Origin: Streptococcus mitis
Lineage (GTDB): Bacteria; Bacillota; Bacilli; Lactobacillales; Streptococcaceae
NCBI GenBank assembly: GCA_032480835.1
Contig: JAWETZ010000004.1
Location: 27,118-91,117 of the forward strand
Direction of reading: 5' to 3'
Length of the DNA stretch: 64,000 nt
Shown: positions 1-12,773 of the stretch, piece after piece
Layout: each line of letters starts with the position of its first letter
Numbering within the stretch: the stretch's first letter is position 1
Notes under the pieces: model-generated
Database searches by the model: none
What the model was told of the DNA's origin: nothing
The model's input: the letters and a program-made list of their open reading frames with translations, nothing else
Made by a program: the position numbers and the translations under genes

Positions 1-235
1 GAAATCCATCACGGTAAATGCGACGGACACTTTCGCGAACATGCTTGGCCTTGACAGGAGCATCTGCCTCCACCTCACCCAAGCGTTCGCGCAACTTAGA
101 ATTTTCCAAACGAAGAGCTGTATTTTCCTCTACCAGGCTCTTGAGATTTTTCTTGATGGCTTCCACATCGGCCAAGGTTACCAATAACTGTTGGGAAAAA
201 TCATCCAGCGCGTCAAATAATTCTTTTTTGTCCAT
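1..235 (-). CDS. yabA: DNA replication initiation control protein YabA (3' end beyond window)
   Basis: Manual minus-strand translation from ATG at 235: [52 protein letters not shown]; conserved tmk-holB-yabA order. Confidence 0.88.
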
Positions 236-274
236 AAACCAGCTCTTTCCTTTCTTTATCGTTCATTTTTGAGT

Positions 275-1165
275 TTACATTTCTTTTAAGACCAGATATT
301 CCATGGCATTTTGAAAGCTAACATTAGCTTGCCACATTTTTCTAGCTTCTAGCAAATCTTGTAGAATCACTCTTACTCTTGCTTGTAGGATATCTTGTCC
401 ACAGAGGACTTCAAGAATCCGTAAAACCTGATCTTGTTTTTCCTTGTCATCTGCCAAGCTAGCTAGTTTGGCAACTTGCAAATAACTTTCTTTTTTCTTA
501 GCTACTAACCAAGTCAGCAGGCGTTCACTTTCATCGACCAAGGTCCAAAAACTTGCCTGATTAGCTAACTTTTCTGCTTCAGCTCGCGATTGACTAAACT
601 GGGCTAAAAGAGTTGCTTTTTTCTTAACCAGTCCCATTTGTTCTAAGAGCAAGATGAGCTTCTCTTCCTGCTTTTTAAAGTGGAAAATCTGGGTCCGACT
701 TCGGATTGTTGGTAAGATCTTTTCCTCATCGCTGGTCAAGAAGAAAATGTAAACCTCACTCTGGGGTTCTTCGATGACCTTGAGCAGAGAATTGGTTGCA
801 TTAGTATGCATTTTCTCAGCTTGCTCGATAATAAAGACCTGCTGCTGGCTTTCAATCCCTGCTTGAGAAAACTGCCCCACCAATTCTCGAATCCGTTCTG
901 TCTTGATGACCTGATTGACTGGCTTAATCAAAGTAACATCGGGAAACTCTCCCTTTTCAATCAGCTTACAATTTCGGCAGTTTTCACATGGTAAAACGCC
1001 TACTTTATCCGTACAAAAGAGGCTCTTAGCTAAAAATTGCGCCATTTCCAAGCTTCCAAAGAAACCTGAAAAGAGGTAGGCATGATTGAGCTGGTCTTGT
1101 TCTAGGATACGGACAAAGCGATCAAACTGATCTGGCTGCAAAGCTTTTAGTTGTTCTTGTTTCAT
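275..1165 (-). CDS. holB: DNA polymerase III delta' subunit
   Basis: HAYLF, Zn motif CxxCxx[17 protein letters not shown]; follows tmk. Confidence 0.95.
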   Translation of the reverse strand: MKQEQLKALQPDQFDRFVRILEQDQLNHAYLFSGFFGSLEMAQFLAKSLFCTDKVGVLPCENCRNCKLIEKGEFPDVTLIKPVNQVIKTERIRELVGQFSQAGIESQQQVFIIEQAEKMHTNATNSLLKVIEEPQSEVYIFFLTSDEEKILPTIRSRTQIFHFKKQEEKLILLLEQMGLVKKKATLLAQFSQSRAEAEKLANQASFWTLVDESERLLTWLVAKKKESYLQVAKLASLADDKEKQDQVLRILEVLCGQDILQARVRVILQDLLEARKMWQANVSFQNAMEYLVLKEM

Positions 1166-1800
1166 TTATCCAAGCCCATTCTGTCAAATAAGACAGCCTT
1201 GGTTGTTTCCACAACTTGCTCCAAAGGAAGACTGGCATCAATCTTGACAATGCGATTTCCTTCTTTTTCCAGAAGAGAAAGGTAGCCTTGACGGACTTTT
1301 TTGTGCAAGTCCAAACCTTCCAAGTCCAAGCGATTGACCTCACGGTCACTATTAGCAGCAATACGAGCCAGTCCTTCTTCCACCTCAATGTCAAAATAGA
1401 GGGTCAAATCGGGTTTGAGGCCATCTGTCGCAAACTGATTGAGCCAGTCAATGGCATCGATATCTAAACCACGTCCAAAGCCCTGATAAGCAACCGAACT
1501 ATCGATAAAGCGATCCATGATAACCAGTTTTCCAGCTGCAAGTGCTGGTAAGACCTTTTCCACCAAGTGTTGTCGACGACTAGCAATATAGAGGAGAAGC
1601 TCAGTCTTAGGATCCATTTCAGTATGACTAGGATCTAGGATAACTTCGCGAATTTTTTCTCCAATTAAGACCCCACCTGGTTCGCGCGTTGTTAAAACTT
1701 CTACTCCCCTATCCTCTAATATAGGGATTAGGGCTTCAAGAACGCTTGTTTTTCCTGCTCCCTCTGGTCCCTCAAGAGAGACTAAAAATCCTTTTGACAT
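1162..1800 (-). CDS. tmk: Thymidylate kinase
   Basis: [10 protein letters not shown]-loop, [18 protein letters not shown]. Confidence 0.97.
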   Translation of the reverse strand: MSKGFLVSLEGPEGAGKTSVLEALIPILEDRGVEVLTTREPGGVLIGEKIREVILDPSHTEMDPKTELLLYIASRRQHLVEKVLPALAAGKLVIMDRFIDSSVAYQGFGRGLDIDAIDWLNQFATDGLKPDLTLYFDIEVEEGLARIAANSDREVNRLDLEGLDLHKKVRQGYLSLLEKEGNRIVKIDASLPLEQVVETTKAVLFDRMGLDK

Positions 1801-1881
1801 GTCTAACTCATTTCTTTTTTACTACTTCTATTCTATCAAAAAAATAGGGGTTTGTGACAATCTTTTTGTCTTCTCATTTCA

Positions 1882-1984
1882 TACTCAATGAAAATCAAAG
1901 AGCAAACTAGGAAGCTAGCCGCATGCTGTACTTGAGTACGGCAAGGTGAAGCTGACGCAGTTTGAATTTGATTTTCGAAGAGTA
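1882..1984 (+). repeat. BOX element (boxA-boxC type)
   Basis: TACTCAATGAAAATCAAAGAGCAAACTAGGAAGCTAGCC...TTCGAAGAGTA; flanked by TCA/TCA. Confidence 0.92.
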
Positions 1985-2019
1985 TCAACCACCATAAAAG
2001 AGGCAGACAAATCCACCTC

Positions 2020-2817
2020 TTATTTACCCAGTTTTTTAGTTCGTTTGTAGGCTTTTTTGACTGCCTCCATAACGGTTCCTCTAAAGGCATGTGCTTCTAA
2101 GCTTGCTACACCAGCGATAGTCGAACCGCCTGGGCTGCATACTTGGTCTTTCAAAACTCCAGGATGTTGCTGGCTTTCTAAGACCAATTGCCCAGCTCCT
2201 ACCACAGTTTGAGCCGCCATTTTCAATGCCGTTTCTCTTGGCAATCCAGTCTGAACACCTGCATCTGCCAAGGCCTCGATAAAAAGATAGACAAAGGCTG
2301 GTCCACAACCTGCAAGACCTGTCGCTGCGTCGATTAAACCTTCTCCTAGTTCAACCAAGAGACCTGCCTTGGCTAACAGCTGACAAAAGAGCTCACTGTC
2401 CTCAGCCCTGCAATTAGAAGACAAGGCATAACTAATCACTCCTTGCCCGATAGAAGCAGGGGTATTCGGCATCATACGAATAATTCGGTGTTGACTTGGG
2501 ATAAGACTTGCTAGTTTTTCTAAAGTCAATCCAGCTGCCATCGAAATCAAAAGAAGACTCTCTCGTTTTTCAAGAATGGTCTGGTATTGAGAAAGCAAGT
2601 CTGAGAACTGGGCTGGCTTAACACCTAGAAAAATCACATCTGCTTCTGCAAAAATTTCTTCATTGCTTGAAGCCTGACCACCAAAGTCTGCAATGAAAGC
2701 ATCCACCTTGGCTTGGCTACGATTGGCAAGGAGAAGATTATCACTCGTCTTAGCCTGCGAAACAGCCTTGGCCAAACTAGCACCCATATTCCCCAAACCG
2801 ATAAATCCAATCTTCAT
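2020..2817 (-). CDS. proC: Pyrroline-5-carboxylate reductase
   Basis: GFIGLGNMG, RMMPNTP, VCSPGGSTIAG. Confidence 0.97.
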   Translation of the reverse strand: MKIGFIGLGNMGASLAKAVSQAKTSDNLLLANRSQAKVDAFIADFGGQASSNEEIFAEADVIFLGVKPAQFSDLLSQYQTILEKRESLLLISMAAGLTLEKLASLIPSQHRIIRMMPNTPASIGQGVISYALSSNCRAEDSELFCQLLAKAGLLVELGEGLIDAATGLAGCGPAFVYLFIEALADAGVQTGLPRETALKMAAQTVVGAGQLVLESQQHPGVLKDQVCSPGGSTIAGVASLEAHAFRGTVMEAVKKAYKRTKKLGK

Positions 2818-2820
2818 CTC

Positions 2821-4083
2821 TTACTCCCTTATCTGTCCGTCACCAGCAACCACATACTTGTAACTGGTCAACTCCTTCAAGCCCATGGGACCACGCGCGT
2901 GCAATTTCTGAGTAGAAATTCCCATTTCACAACCCAGACCAAATTGACCTCCATCTGTAAAACGCGTTGAGGCATTGACATAAACGGCTGCAGAGTCCAC
3001 TTGATCTGTAAAGTATGCTGCAGCTTCAGCATTTTCCGTCACAATGGCATCCGAATGATGAGTACTGTGGGTTTCAATATGGGCAACCGCTTCTTCTAAA
3101 CTGCTCACAACCTTAACAGCTAGGACATAGTCTAAAAACTCGGTGTCAAAGTCTTGGGCCTCAGCTGCTCGACCTGAAACGAATTGGCTTGCTTTGCTAT
3201 CCAAGCGGAATTGAATTGGCTCCAGTCCAGCTTCCTTACGCTCTGTAACTAGAACTTGCTCCAAGCGAGGAAGGAAGCTTGCTGCCTTGTCTTCATGAAC
3301 GAGAAGGACCTCCATGGCATTACATACAGAAGGACGACTGGTTTTGGCATTGTTGATGATAGACAACGCCTTGTCTTCGTCTGCATCCTTGTCCACATAA
3401 ACATGGACAATCCCAGTTCCTGTCTCAATAACAGGTACGATAGCATTTTCAACCACGGCATTGATTAAGCCAGCCCCTCCACGAGGAATGAGAAGGTCTA
3501 GATATCCCTTGGCCTTCATCATGGCATAGCTACTTTCTCGGCTGGTATCTTCCACCAGTTGAATCACATCTGGGTGAATAGTAGTCGTCTCCAAACCCTT
3601 CTTTAAAGCTGTGACAATGGCATGGGCTGTTTGATAGGCGTCCTTACCACTACGAAGAACAACCGCATTTCCACTCTTGAGAGCCAAAGCAGCCGCATCA
3701 GACGTCACATTTGGACGGCTTTCATAGATAATACCAATAACCCCCATAGCCACCCGTTTCTTGGTAATAACCAAGCCATTTTCAAGCTGATTGGTTTCTA
3801 AAACTTCGCCGATTGGATCTGGTAAAGCAACCACTTCACGAATCCCTCTTGCCATTGCTTCAATACGTCCTGCATCCAAATAAAGACGATCCAACATCAC
3901 ATCTGAGATTTTCCCCTTGGCTGCTTCCATATCGAGGGCATTGGCCGCTAAAATTTCCTCAGTAGCAGCCACTAAGTGATCAGCCATTGCTAGCAAGGCT
4001 TGGTTTTTCACTTCTTCACTAGCTGTATTGATTGATTTTTTAACAGCCTGTACCTGTTCAAATTGTTCTTGTGTACTTACCAT
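2821..4083 (-). CDS. proA: Gamma-glutamyl phosphate reductase
   Basis: [42 protein letters not shown]. Confidence 0.97.
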   Translation of the reverse strand: MVSTQEQFEQVQAVKKSINTASEEVKNQALLAMADHLVAATEEILAANALDMEAAKGKISDVMLDRLYLDAGRIEAMARGIREVVALPDPIGEVLETNQLENGLVITKKRVAMGVIGIIYESRPNVTSDAAALALKSGNAVVLRSGKDAYQTAHAIVTALKKGLETTTIHPDVIQLVEDTSRESSYAMMKAKGYLDLLIPRGGAGLINAVVENAIVPVIETGTGIVHVYVDKDADEDKALSIINNAKTSRPSVCNAMEVLLVHEDKAASFLPRLEQVLVTERKEAGLEPIQFRLDSKASQFVSGRAAEAQDFDTEFLDYVLAVKVVSSLEEAVAHIETHSTHHSDAIVTENAEAAAYFTDQVDSAAVYVNASTRFTDGGQFGLGCEMGISTQKLHARGPMGLKELTSYKYVVAGDGQIRE

Positions 4084-4092
4084 AGTTTACCT

Positions 4093-5202
4093 CTAAAATT
4101 CTGTAAAGAGTAGTTGGATTTCAGGAGTAATGGAAATCCAGTCATCACGGTGAATCAAGACACCCTTGGCTTTTTGAGAACGTAACATATCCTCCAAAGC
4201 AGATGCCCCAAATTGCACGCGCCCTTTTCCAAGTGATTTTCCACTTTCCTTGTCAAATACTGTCACGATATCACCGTAAGAAAAGGCTCCTTCTGCTTCA
4301 ACAATACCAGATAAGAGAAGACTCTTTCCATGTTGAGAGAGAGCTTCAGCAGCCCCTTTATCAACCCAAATAGAACCTTGACTCTGAGCATAGAAAGCCA
4401 GCCATTGTTTCTGGGTACGAAGTCCCTTCTCTTGCGCAACAAAGTAAGAACCATCCTTGGTCTCATCAGCCGCCTCAATCATGGCATCTGCCTTCAATGA
4501 TGAACAGATATAAACAGGAACTCCTGATTCCGTCGCAATAGTCGCAGCCTTGATTTTTGTTAACATGCCCCCAGTTCCATTTGACGAGCCAGCTCCACCA
4601 GCCATATCGATAATCTCACGATTGATGGTCTCAATTTTCTCCAATCGTTTGGCTTTTGGATCTGAATTAGGATTTCCAGTATAGAGACCGTCCACATCTG
4701 TCAAGAGAACCAAAAGATCTGCTTGGACCATGGCCGCTACCTGGGCACTAAGAGTGTCATTGTCACCCACCTTGAGCTCATCAATGACGACACTGTCATT
4801 CTCGTTGATGATAGGAATCGCCCCACGGCTAAGTAGAACTGACAAAGCCTGATGGGCATTTTTATAACGGCGCTTATCCACAAAGTCATCCTGGGTCAGC
4901 AAAATTTGTGCAGAAACGATTTGGCGCAAGAGAAGATTGGTTGTGTATTCTTCCAACAAAAGCCCTTGTCCTACCGCTGCTGAAGCCTGCTTATCAGCAA
5001 TCTTAGTCGGACGCTTTTTAAATCCTAAGGCTCCAAAACCAGCCGCAATGGCACCTGATGACACCAAAATCAATTCATGACCAGCCTCGTGCAACATAGC
5101 CAACTGCTGGGTAATAGCCTTTACCTTACTACGTGATAAACTTCCATCCTCATTCGTCAGAGAAGAAGTCCCCACCTTAAAGACAATCCGTTTGTATTTC
5201 AT
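4093..5202 (-). CDS. proB: Glutamate 5-kinase
   Basis: [30 protein letters not shown]-terminal PUA-like domain; start set at MKYKR. Confidence 0.96.
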   Translation of the reverse strand: MKYKRIVFKVGTSSLTNEDGSLSRSKVKAITQQLAMLHEAGHELILVSSGAIAAGFGALGFKKRPTKIADKQASAAVGQGLLLEEYTTNLLLRQIVSAQILLTQDDFVDKRRYKNAHQALSVLLSRGAIPIINENDSVVIDELKVGDNDTLSAQVAAMVQADLLVLLTDVDGLYTGNPNSDPKAKRLEKIETINREIIDMAGGAGSSNGTGGMLTKIKAATIATESGVPVYICSSLKADAMIEAADETKDGSYFVAQEKGLRTQKQWLAFYAQSQGSIWVDKGAAEALSQHGKSLLLSGIVEAEGAFSYGDIVTVFDKESGKSLGKGRVQFGASALEDMLRSQKAKGVLIHRDDWISITPEIQLLFTEF

Positions 5203-5302
5203 AGTCTCACTCCGATTCTTCATATTTATCCATTATAACATGAATGACAGGAAATAGAAAAGAGTTGATAGGAAAAAGAAGGCCCTAAAACCTTCTTTTT
5301 TA

Positions 5303-7186
5303 CTACTGTTCTGATTCTGATTTGTTTGCACTCGTTTCAGAATTTTGTGAAGTTGAGGATGTCAAATCTTGGCTAGTTGAAGAACTTGTACCACTTTCAT
5401 GTTGACTCGTTGCCTTATTTTCAAGATCTTTTTTCACTACTTCTTTGGATTCTTTTATTTCCGAATTACTTGTAGCTCTAGTTGTAGCAGATTTCTCTAC
5501 CGGAACATCCACTAACCAGCCACCACTTGAATCAACAGTATAGCCTTCTGGTGTCTTACCGTTCACAAGTAATTGACCATTTTCTTTCAAGAAGTACCAT
5601 TTGTCCTTGTCTTTGATCCAACCAACAGCTCGTGAACCATCTGTATTGTAGAAGTACCAATCATTTACCTTTTTATGCCAGCCTTGCTTCATAGCTCCTG
5701 ATTCTTTTAGATAATAATGATGACCAGCAACTTCTATCTCACCTGTCTTCATGATACCAGTGGAATCCATATAGTACCAGGTTTCTTTATCTTTTACCCA
5801 ACCCGTTTTCATTTCCCCTGATTGAGCAAAGTAATACCATTGACCCTTATATTGAAGCCAACTTGTCTTCATAGAACCATCGTTTGATAAATAATAGTTC
5901 TGACCTCCAGTATTTACCCAACCAATTTCCATCTGTTTTTCTTTGTTGAAATAATACCAGGTTCCATCGATTTTCTTCCAATTTTTTGCAGAAGCACCAG
6001 AGTCTGTCAAATAGAACCAACGATTGTTCCATTTTTTCCATTGATTCTGTAACAAGATACCTCTTTGGTTAAAGTAATACCATTCACCTTCGATTTCATT
6101 CCAACCGACAGCATATTCTCCTGTAGAATCAGGCGCTTGATACCACCAATTACCATATGCACTCTTATGCCAACCAGCTTGAAAACTTGGAATCGACTTG
6201 TAGGACGTTGAAATATTGACAAACCCATCTTTTCGAATATCAAAAACTGTTGCATCATAGTCTTTGCTGGCTGCATTAATTCTCTCAATTCCTCGTTCTT
6301 TGAGCCAATTGACATACTCACTGTCAACACCATTTTTCCAAGGTAGACTATCCGAGGTTTGAACAATCAAACTCGGACTCAAATTTCTGATGAAATCCTT
6401 GGTATTTGATTTGTTGGTATCATGGTGATGATTAAACTTCATCAAATCAACTTTTCCAATAAGAGGACCATACTTGTCTTCTGCTCCATGAACATTATCT
6501 AAGTCTCCCCCAAGGTAAATTTTCTTGCCATTGACTTTCACCACACTAATCAAGGAATTGGAATTGTCATCCCAAATTTTCTTTAATTCACCTGATGAAT
6601 CTGTTTCATTTTCATAATTATAGAGCTGGATATCCATGTCCCCAAACTTAAAATGAGCATCTCCTTGTGTGATGTTTTGAATAACTGAAACACCTTTTTC
6701 TGCAGCAGTCTGTAAAACCTTATTATAGCCATACAGATTATCCCATAGGCGTTCAGAATTAGTAATACGATTATCACTATATTTTTTAAGATAAACTCGG
6801 TCAACTGGATAGGTAGACAATAATTCATCAACATTTCCAATATGATCACTGTGGGTATGAGTCACTAAAATAAAATCAAGTTTTTGGACACCCAATTCCT
6901 TCAAATGACGAAAGACACGGTCTGTCAGAACATGCTTATAAGACGTTTCAGTTCCTTCTCTCCATGGATAACGAGAATCACTTCCATCTGGGAAATCATA
7001 ATCTTCTCCTGTATCCACTATGGCAAAATGTCCATTACTTTCAAGAATAATTGCATCACTGCCACCTTCATGAACATTTATAAAGTGAATTTTATTTCCC
7101 GAACTTTCTTGAGCTTGTACATTACCATACCATGACACACCTAAAAAAGCGCCTGCAAGTGCCAAACTAGTTAATTTCTTTTTCAT
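5303..7186 (-). CDS. pce: Choline-binding protein E / phosphorylcholine esterase
   Basis: Signal peptide, metallo-beta-lactamase motif THTHSDHIG, repeated GW-x(5-6)-WYY choline-binding repeats, Ser/Thr/Glu-rich tail. Confidence 0.92.
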   Translation of the reverse strand: MKKKLTSLALAGAFLGVSWYGNVQAQESSGNKIHFINVHEGGSDAIILESNGHFAIVDTGEDYDFPDGSDSRYPWREGTETSYKHVLTDRVFRHLKELGVQKLDFILVTHTHSDHIGNVDELLSTYPVDRVYLKKYSDNRITNSERLWDNLYGYNKVLQTAAEKGVSVIQNITQGDAHFKFGDMDIQLYNYENETDSSGELKKIWDDNSNSLISVVKVNGKKIYLGGDLDNVHGAEDKYGPLIGKVDLMKFNHHHDTNKSNTKDFIRNLSPSLIVQTSDSLPWKNGVDSEYVNWLKERGIERINAASKDYDATVFDIRKDGFVNISTSYKSIPSFQAGWHKSAYGNWWYQAPDSTGEYAVGWNEIEGEWYYFNQRGILLQNQWKKWNNRWFYLTDSGASAKNWKKIDGTWYYFNKEKQMEIGWVNTGGQNYYLSNDGSMKTSWLQYKGQWYYFAQSGEMKTGWVKDKETWYYMDSTGIMKTGEIEVAGHHYYLKESGAMKQGWHKKVNDWYFYNTDGSRAVGWIKDKDKWYFLKENGQLLVNGKTPEGYTVDSSGGWLVDVPVEKSATTRATSNSEIKESKEVVKKDLENKATSQHESGTSSSTSQDLTSSTSQNSETSANKSESEQ

Positions 7187-7188
7187 TC

Positions 7189-8076
7189 TTATTTTCTCAA
7201 TTTCTCCAAGGTTTCCTTAAAAATCTCTGGGATATCTGCAGTAAATTCCAAAATCTCACCTGTTCGTGGATGAGTAAACCCTAAAGTCTTAGCATGAAGA
7301 AATTGTCCATGTCCCTTAAGTGTCTTGCGTGGACCATAGACCTCATCACCAGCGACTGGATGGCCAATATAAGCCATGTGGACACGGATTTGATGGGTAC
7401 GGCCTGTCTCCAGCTGCAACTCTACTAAACTATAATCGCCAAAGCGTTCCAAGACATAGAAACGGGTCACTGCAGGCTTCCCTTTGGCAGTCACAGCCTG
7501 TTTCTTACGGTCTTTTTCACTCCGGCCAATCGGTGCTTCAATGACACCACGATCATTTGGTAGATTTCCATGAACAATCGCCCAATATTTGCGGAGAGAC
7601 TTTTTATCCTTGAGTTCTTGGGCAAGTGCTAGATGCGCCTCATCATTTTTAGCAATCATGAGAAGACCTGACGTATCCTTGTCAATGCGGTGAACAATTC
7701 CCGGACGCAGAACCCCATTGATACCCGACAAATCCTTGATATGATACATAAGAGCATTTACTAGAGTTCCATTAGTATGACCAGCACTCGGATGCACCAC
7801 CATCCCCTGAGGTTTGTTGACAACAGCCACATCCTCATCTTGGTAGACTATTTCTAGCGGAATATCCTCAGCCACATACTCTAATACCTCTGGTTCTGGC
7901 ACATGGTAAGTGACGACATCACCCTCTTGAACTGTGTATTTAGCTTTCTTGACTTGGCCATTGACCAAGACCTGGCCTGATTTAATTTGTTCATTCGCGA
8001 GACTACGTGATAATTCTGTCAAATCCGACAAAGCCTTATCCAAACGCAGGCCACCAGTTTCAATTTTAATTTCCAT
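7189..8076 (-). CDS. rluD: RluA/RluD-family pseudouridine synthase
   Basis: N-terminal S4 domain, [19 protein letters not shown]. Confidence 0.9.
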   Translation of the reverse strand: MEIKIETGGLRLDKALSDLTELSRSLANEQIKSGQVLVNGQVKKAKYTVQEGDVVTYHVPEPEVLEYVAEDIPLEIVYQDEDVAVVNKPQGMVVHPSAGHTNGTLVNALMYHIKDLSGINGVLRPGIVHRIDKDTSGLLMIAKNDEAHLALAQELKDKKSLRKYWAIVHGNLPNDRGVIEAPIGRSEKDRKKQAVTAKGKPAVTRFYVLERFGDYSLVELQLETGRTHQIRVHMAYIGHPVAGDEVYGPRKTLKGHGQFLHAKTLGFTHPRTGEILEFTADIPEIFKETLEKLRK

Positions 8077-8527
8077 TTATTTCCTCTTTTAGCATTGCAA
8101 TCAATAAAATAATCACTCCAACAGTCAGATAGCTATCTGCCACATTGAAAATTGCAAAATTGATAAAGTCAAGGTGAAACATATCCACAACAAAACCCTG
8201 ACTGATCCTGTCAATAAAGTTTCCAAGACCACCTGCAATTATCAAGGTCAAGCCCAAGACCATCCAGAGTGAGTCCTCCATGTGTTTATGTAGATACCAA
8301 ATGGCACCTACCATAACGACCAGTGTAATGACAGCAAATAACCACTGCTGGTCTTGTAAGATAGAAAAGGCTGCCCCTCGATTTTGCAGGTAGGTCAAGC
8401 TAACGAGATTGGGAATCCAAGAACGTACTTCACCCAGTGGAATCTGCCAGACGATATAGGATTTAACTAACTGATCAAGCCCAATCAAAAGCAGTACAAT
8501 GACTGCCACTATTCCTCTTTTTTTCAT
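8066..8527 (-). CDS. lspA: Lipoprotein signal peptidase II
   Basis: NRGAAFS, GNFIDR, VVD, FNVAD. Confidence 0.97.
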   Translation of the reverse strand: MKKRGIVAVIVLLLIGLDQLVKSYIVWQIPLGEVRSWIPNLVSLTYLQNRGAAFSILQDQQWLFAVITLVVMVGAIWYLHKHMEDSLWMVLGLTLIIAGGLGNFIDRISQGFVVDMFHLDFINFAIFNVADSYLTVGVIILLIAMLKEEINGN

Positions 8528-9432
8528 GATTTCCTCTTTTGATTAAAATATTCTTGCATGACTTCTACAAAGAGAGTCCCAGCTTGACTGAGCTCCACTT
8601 CCTCACGTTTAACATAGACCATGCGATTATCCAAATTATCCTTGAGACGAATAACTGTGATGCCATTAACACTGTCACTATCTAAAAATCCAGAACCTGT
8701 AGCATAGGCGTCCGTCCGCTCCAAAATACCATTCAAGGTAGCACGGTCTGTCACATTGAACATCTGCGAGCTAGCGCTAGTATCAACAAAGTTCTCTGAA
8801 TAATAAAGGTACTCGTCTTTCTCTTGAGTGAAACGAACCGTTGGTAGATCCGCTAAATCCTCCATGACCAATTCCTCTTTCTGGGCTAAAGGATGCCCCT
8901 CACGGAGATAAATATGGGTATGGAAGGGAATTAGTTCAATAACCTCTAGGCCTAACTTTTCAACACGTTGCATAATCCCCTTTTTATTTTGATTGTTGAG
9001 GTAGATAATCCCAATCTCACTATGCCCTTGCGCTACTTCATCTAAGATTTGAACAGTAGTTGATTCAAAAATGCGGAAGTTCTTGTAGTCAGGATAGCTC
9101 TCTGAAAAAGCCGTAATAGTTGGTGGCAAGAAGTCATAGTGCTGGCTAGCAATGGAAAATTCATCTTTTTCTTCCTCAGGATTAGCATACTGATTTTGAA
9201 AAATATCAAATCCCTTGACCAATTCTTGCGCTTTTTCATAAAATTCCATACCGCGACGAGTCAAGAAAGTCCCTGAGCTGGTCCGACGGAAAATCTTAAA
9301 GCCCAATTCTTTTTCCAAATCACGAACAGAAATAGACAGACTCGGCTGACTTACATACATCTTTTCAGCAGCTTCACGGAAAGTACCACTATTGGCAATA
9401 GCAACAACATAGCGTAATTGTTGAATGTTCAT
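8524..9432 (-). CDS. LysR-family transcriptional regulator (CysR/CmbR/CpsY type)
   Basis: LysR HTH ([13 protein letters not shown]); typical streptococcal LysR-lspA-rluD operon. Confidence 0.9.
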   Translation of the reverse strand: MNIQQLRYVVAIANSGTFREAAEKMYVSQPSLSISVRDLEKELGFKIFRRTSSGTFLTRRGMEFYEKAQELVKGFDIFQNQYANPEEEKDEFSIASQHYDFLPPTITAFSESYPDYKNFRIFESTTVQILDEVAQGHSEIGIIYLNNQNKKGIMQRVEKLGLEVIELIPFHTHIYLREGHPLAQKEELVMEDLADLPTVRFTQEKDEYLYYSENFVDTSASSQMFNVTDRATLNGILERTDAYATGSGFLDSDSVNGITVIRLKDNLDNRMVYVKREEVELSQAGTLFVEVMQEYFNQKRKS

Positions 9433-9670
9433 CTTCTACCCCCAACTTCTTTATCTTTTCATTATACCATATTTTAGAAGTTTTCCAAAAAGGAAAAAAG
9501 TATGGAAATTGTCAAGTCTCAATGAAGATTCTAACATTCCAATGCAAGAATTAGAATGATATCTTTTTTCAGTCCTCATTTTATTTCAAACAAATAAAAA
9601 CAGCAAATCTTGTTGATTTACCGTTTATAATATGATGCAAATACAATTCTCATAATATGGGTATCAAAAC

Positions 9671-9710
9671 AAAAAAATAGGCTCTCCGAAAACTCGGAAA
9701 GCCTATTTTT
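9671..9710 (-). terminator. Intrinsic terminator of the rplU-prp-rpmA operon
   Basis: Minus strand AAAAATAGGCTTTCCGAGTTTTCGGAGAGCCTATTTTTTT: long stem plus U tract. Confidence 0.75.
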
Positions 9711-9776
9711 ATGCTATCTCTAGCTTCCTCACCTTTATATTTCAAGGCTCGGGATAAAAAGGTTCACTGAACCTTT

Positions 9777-10070
9777 TTATTTAGCGATTGGATAAACAGA
9801 AACTTGTTTTTTATCGCGTCCTTTACGTTCAAAGCGTACTACACCCTCAACTTTAGCGAACAAAGTATCGTCTCCACCACGTCCAACGTTTACACCTGGG
9901 TAGATGTGTGTACCACGTTGACGGTAAAGGATTGATCCACCTGTTACAGTTTGTCCGTCAGCTGCTTTAGCTCCAAGACGTTTCGCTTGTGAATCACGTC
10001 CGTTTGATGTAGAACCTCCACCTTTTTTGTGGGCGAAAAGTTGCAAGTTGTTAAGAGTCATTTTTAACAT
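9777..10070 (-). CDS. rpmA: 50S ribosomal protein L27 with N-terminal Prp-cleaved extension
   Basis: [27 protein letters not shown]. Confidence 0.98.
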   Translation of the reverse strand: MLKMTLNNLQLFAHKKGGGSTSNGRDSQAKRLGAKAADGQTVTGGSILYRQRGTHIYPGVNVGRGGDDTLFAKVEGVVRFERKGRDKKQVSVYPIAK

Positions 10071-10086
10071 AATGTTTTCCTCCGTG

Positions 10087-10440
<354 letters not shown>

Positions 10441-10446
10441 TTAAAA

Positions 10447-10761
10447 TTAAGCGTTGATTGCGTTGATGACAACTTTTGTATATGGTTGACGGTGACCTTG
10501 TTTACGGTGGCTACCTTTTTTAGGTTTGTACTTGTAAGTAACAACTTTCTTTTGTTTTCCTTGTTTTTCAACAGTTCCAACTACAGTAGCTCCAGCAACA
10601 AGTGGAGTTCCGACAACAGTGTTTTCACCACCAACAAGAACAACTTCGTTAAAAGTAACTTCTTGACCAGCTTCAACGTTCAATTTTTCAACGTAAACTG
10701 CTTGACCAACTTCAACTTTAACTTGTTTTCCGCCAGTTTTGATAATTGCGTATGTGCTCAT
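10447..10761 (-). CDS. rplU: 50S ribosomal protein L21
   Basis: [17 protein letters not shown]. Confidence 0.98.
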
Positions 10762-10804
10762 TATGCACCTCCTATGATTTTTATGGGTTTCCCCGAATTT
10801 TTTG

Positions 10805-10895
10805 TGAAGACTCGCCTAGCATCGTGGGACGAACCACTTAAACTTGAATAATCAAGCAACGATGTTCGTGCGGTTGCACAGGATCGTGCATAGTC
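10805..10895 (-). promoter_or_regulatory. L21 leader RNA (ribosomal protein leader)
   Basis: Structured 5' UTR of rplU, minus strand TGTGCAACCGCACGAACATCG...CGATGCTAGGCGAGTC; boundaries approximate. Confidence 0.65.
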
Positions 10896-10943
10896 AACTC
10901 TTCAAGTATAGCATATCTCCTATTTTCTTACAAGTAATAACAC

Positions 10944-11636
10944 CTAAAATGAAGCTTTTTCTTTTACTTTTTTCCGCCACGAAGCAAAAAGCATACTGAG
11001 GTAAAAAATGCTCATCATAATAGGAACACCAAGAATGGTCTTTTCATGATAAAAAATCGTCAAATAAGCCGAAAAGACAACGCCGAGGACAAAACTGCTA
11101 AGCAGGCTAACAAATATGAAACCTTCACGTAAAAAAGGAGTGTGCTTAGTTCTGAAATAATCTCCAAAAGCCAGCATGGTCCGTTTGATATTCCCTGTCA
11201 TGAACGCGTTATTATAAGCTATACCTGACACTTCTCCAAAAGCGGTTGTCACCAACCCCATACAAAAGGCCAAGGGCGGTACTAGATAGATATTATCTAC
11301 AGTCTGTGGTACAAAACCAATAATGATTGATAAGATTGCCAAAGGAATCAATGATAAAATAGGTTTTTTTACAATTCTCAATTTTTCCTTATAAACAGTT
11401 AGTAAAAAGACCCCCATCATAAAAGCTAGCAAGGTCATTACTTTGGCACTGGCATCTGAGACATTGTGTTGAATGAGTTCCACTGATAGAAAGACGACAT
11501 TCCCGGTTTGTCCAGCTACAAGAGTATTCCCTCTCACAATAAAAGTATAGGCATCTACATATCCTGCACAAAAAGTCAAAAAAAGCGCTAGCCTCTTAGA
11601 CTGACGTGATATTTTTCTTATAGGTAGTAACCTCAT
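10944..11636 (-). CDS. YoaK/DUF1275 family membrane protein
   Basis: AGYVDAYTF, AGQTGNVV, FMTGN motifs; hydrophobic; GGAGG RBS before MRLLP. Confidence 0.85.
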   Translation of the reverse strand: MRLLPIRKISRQSKRLALFLTFCAGYVDAYTFIVRGNTLVAGQTGNVVFLSVELIQHNVSDASAKVMTLLAFMMGVFLLTVYKEKLRIVKKPILSLIPLAILSIIIGFVPQTVDNIYLVPPLAFCMGLVTTAFGEVSGIAYNNAFMTGNIKRTMLAFGDYFRTKHTPFLREGFIFVSLLSSFVLGVVFSAYLTIFYHEKTILGVPIMMSIFYLSMLFASWRKKVKEKASF

Positions 11637-11789
11637 TTTTCCTCCCATTTCATTTACTCATCTCATTATTGTACCACTTTCTTTGGGAAAGTCCTAGTAG
11701 CTTATTTGAAATTTTTTACCCCTTGTTGGATAGTCACGTCTATCTATGTTATAATGAAAGAAGGATTTAAAATTGGAAAAGGAGTATTT

Positions 11790-12773
11790 ATGCTAAAATT
11801 AGGTGTCATCGGAACTGGCGCTATCAGCCATCACTTCATAGAAGCAGCCCATACCAGTGGAGAATATCAGTTGGTCGCAGTCTATTCTAGAAAACTAGAA
11901 ACTGCAGCAACCTTTACTTCTCGCTATGAAAATATCCAACTATTCGATCAAGTAGAGGACTTCTTTAAGAGCTCCTTTGATGTAGTCTATATCGCCAGTC
12001 CAAACTCCTTACATTTTGCTCAAGCAAAGGCTGCCTTGACTGCTGGTAAACACGTCATTCTTGAAAAGCCAGCTGTCACGCAGCCACAAGAATGGCTGAA
12101 TTTGATTCAAACAGCTAATAAAAATCACTGTTTTATCTTTGAGGCAGCTCGTAATTACCACGAGAAAGCCTTTACTACTATCAAAAACTTTTTAGCAGAC
12201 AAGCAAATCTTAGGAGCTGATTTCAATTATGCCAAATATTCTTCCAAGATGCCAGATTTGTTGGCTGGGGAGACACCAAATGTCTTTTCAGACCGTTTTG
12301 CTGGTGGAGCACTTATGGACTTGGGGATTTATCCTCTCTATGTTGCCGTTCGTCTTTTTGGAAAAGCTCAGGACGCAACCTACCAGGCTCAACAGCTTGA
12401 CAATAGCATTGACCTAAACGGAGATGGTATCCTCTTCTACCCAGACTTTCAAGTTCACATCAAGGCTGGGAAAAACATTACTTCCAATCTTCCTTGCGAG
12501 ATTTATACGACAGATGGGACCTTAACCCTCAACACGATTGAACATATCCGCTCAGCTATTTTTACCGACCACCAAGGAAATCAAGTTCAACTCCCTATCC
12601 AACAGGCTCCTCATACGATGACTGAGGAAGTCGCTGCATTTGCACAGATGATTCAGCAACCAGACCAGACACTCTACCAGAATTGGCTGGACGATGCAAG
12701 CTCTGTTCATGACCTACTATATACCATGCGCCAGGCTGCTGGCATTAGATTTGAGGCAGAAAATGAAAACTAA
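11790..12773 (+). CDS. Gfo/Idh/MocA family oxidoreductase
   Basis: GVIGTGAI, ASPNSLH, GKHVILEKP, GGALMDLGIY; AAGGAG RBS before ATG 11790. Confidence 0.92.
   Translation: MLKLGVIGTGAISHHFIEAAHTSGEYQLVAVYSRKLETAATFTSRYENIQLFDQVEDFFKSSFDVVYIASPNSLHFAQAKAALTAGKHVILEKPAVTQPQEWLNLIQTANKNHCFIFEAARNYHEKAFTTIKNFLADKQILGADFNYAKYSSKMPDLLAGETPNVFSDRFAGGALMDLGIYPLYVAVRLFGKAQDATYQAQQLDNSIDLNGDGILFYPDFQVHIKAGKNITSNLPCEIYTTDGTLTLNTIEHIRSAIFTDHQGNQVQLPIQQAPHTMTEEVAAFAQMIQQPDQTLYQNWLDDASSVHDLLYTMRQAAGIRFEAENEN

Noticed and set aside
5500..6180. Internal repeats in pce
   Set aside because: Ordinary choline-binding repeats of CbpE/Pce.
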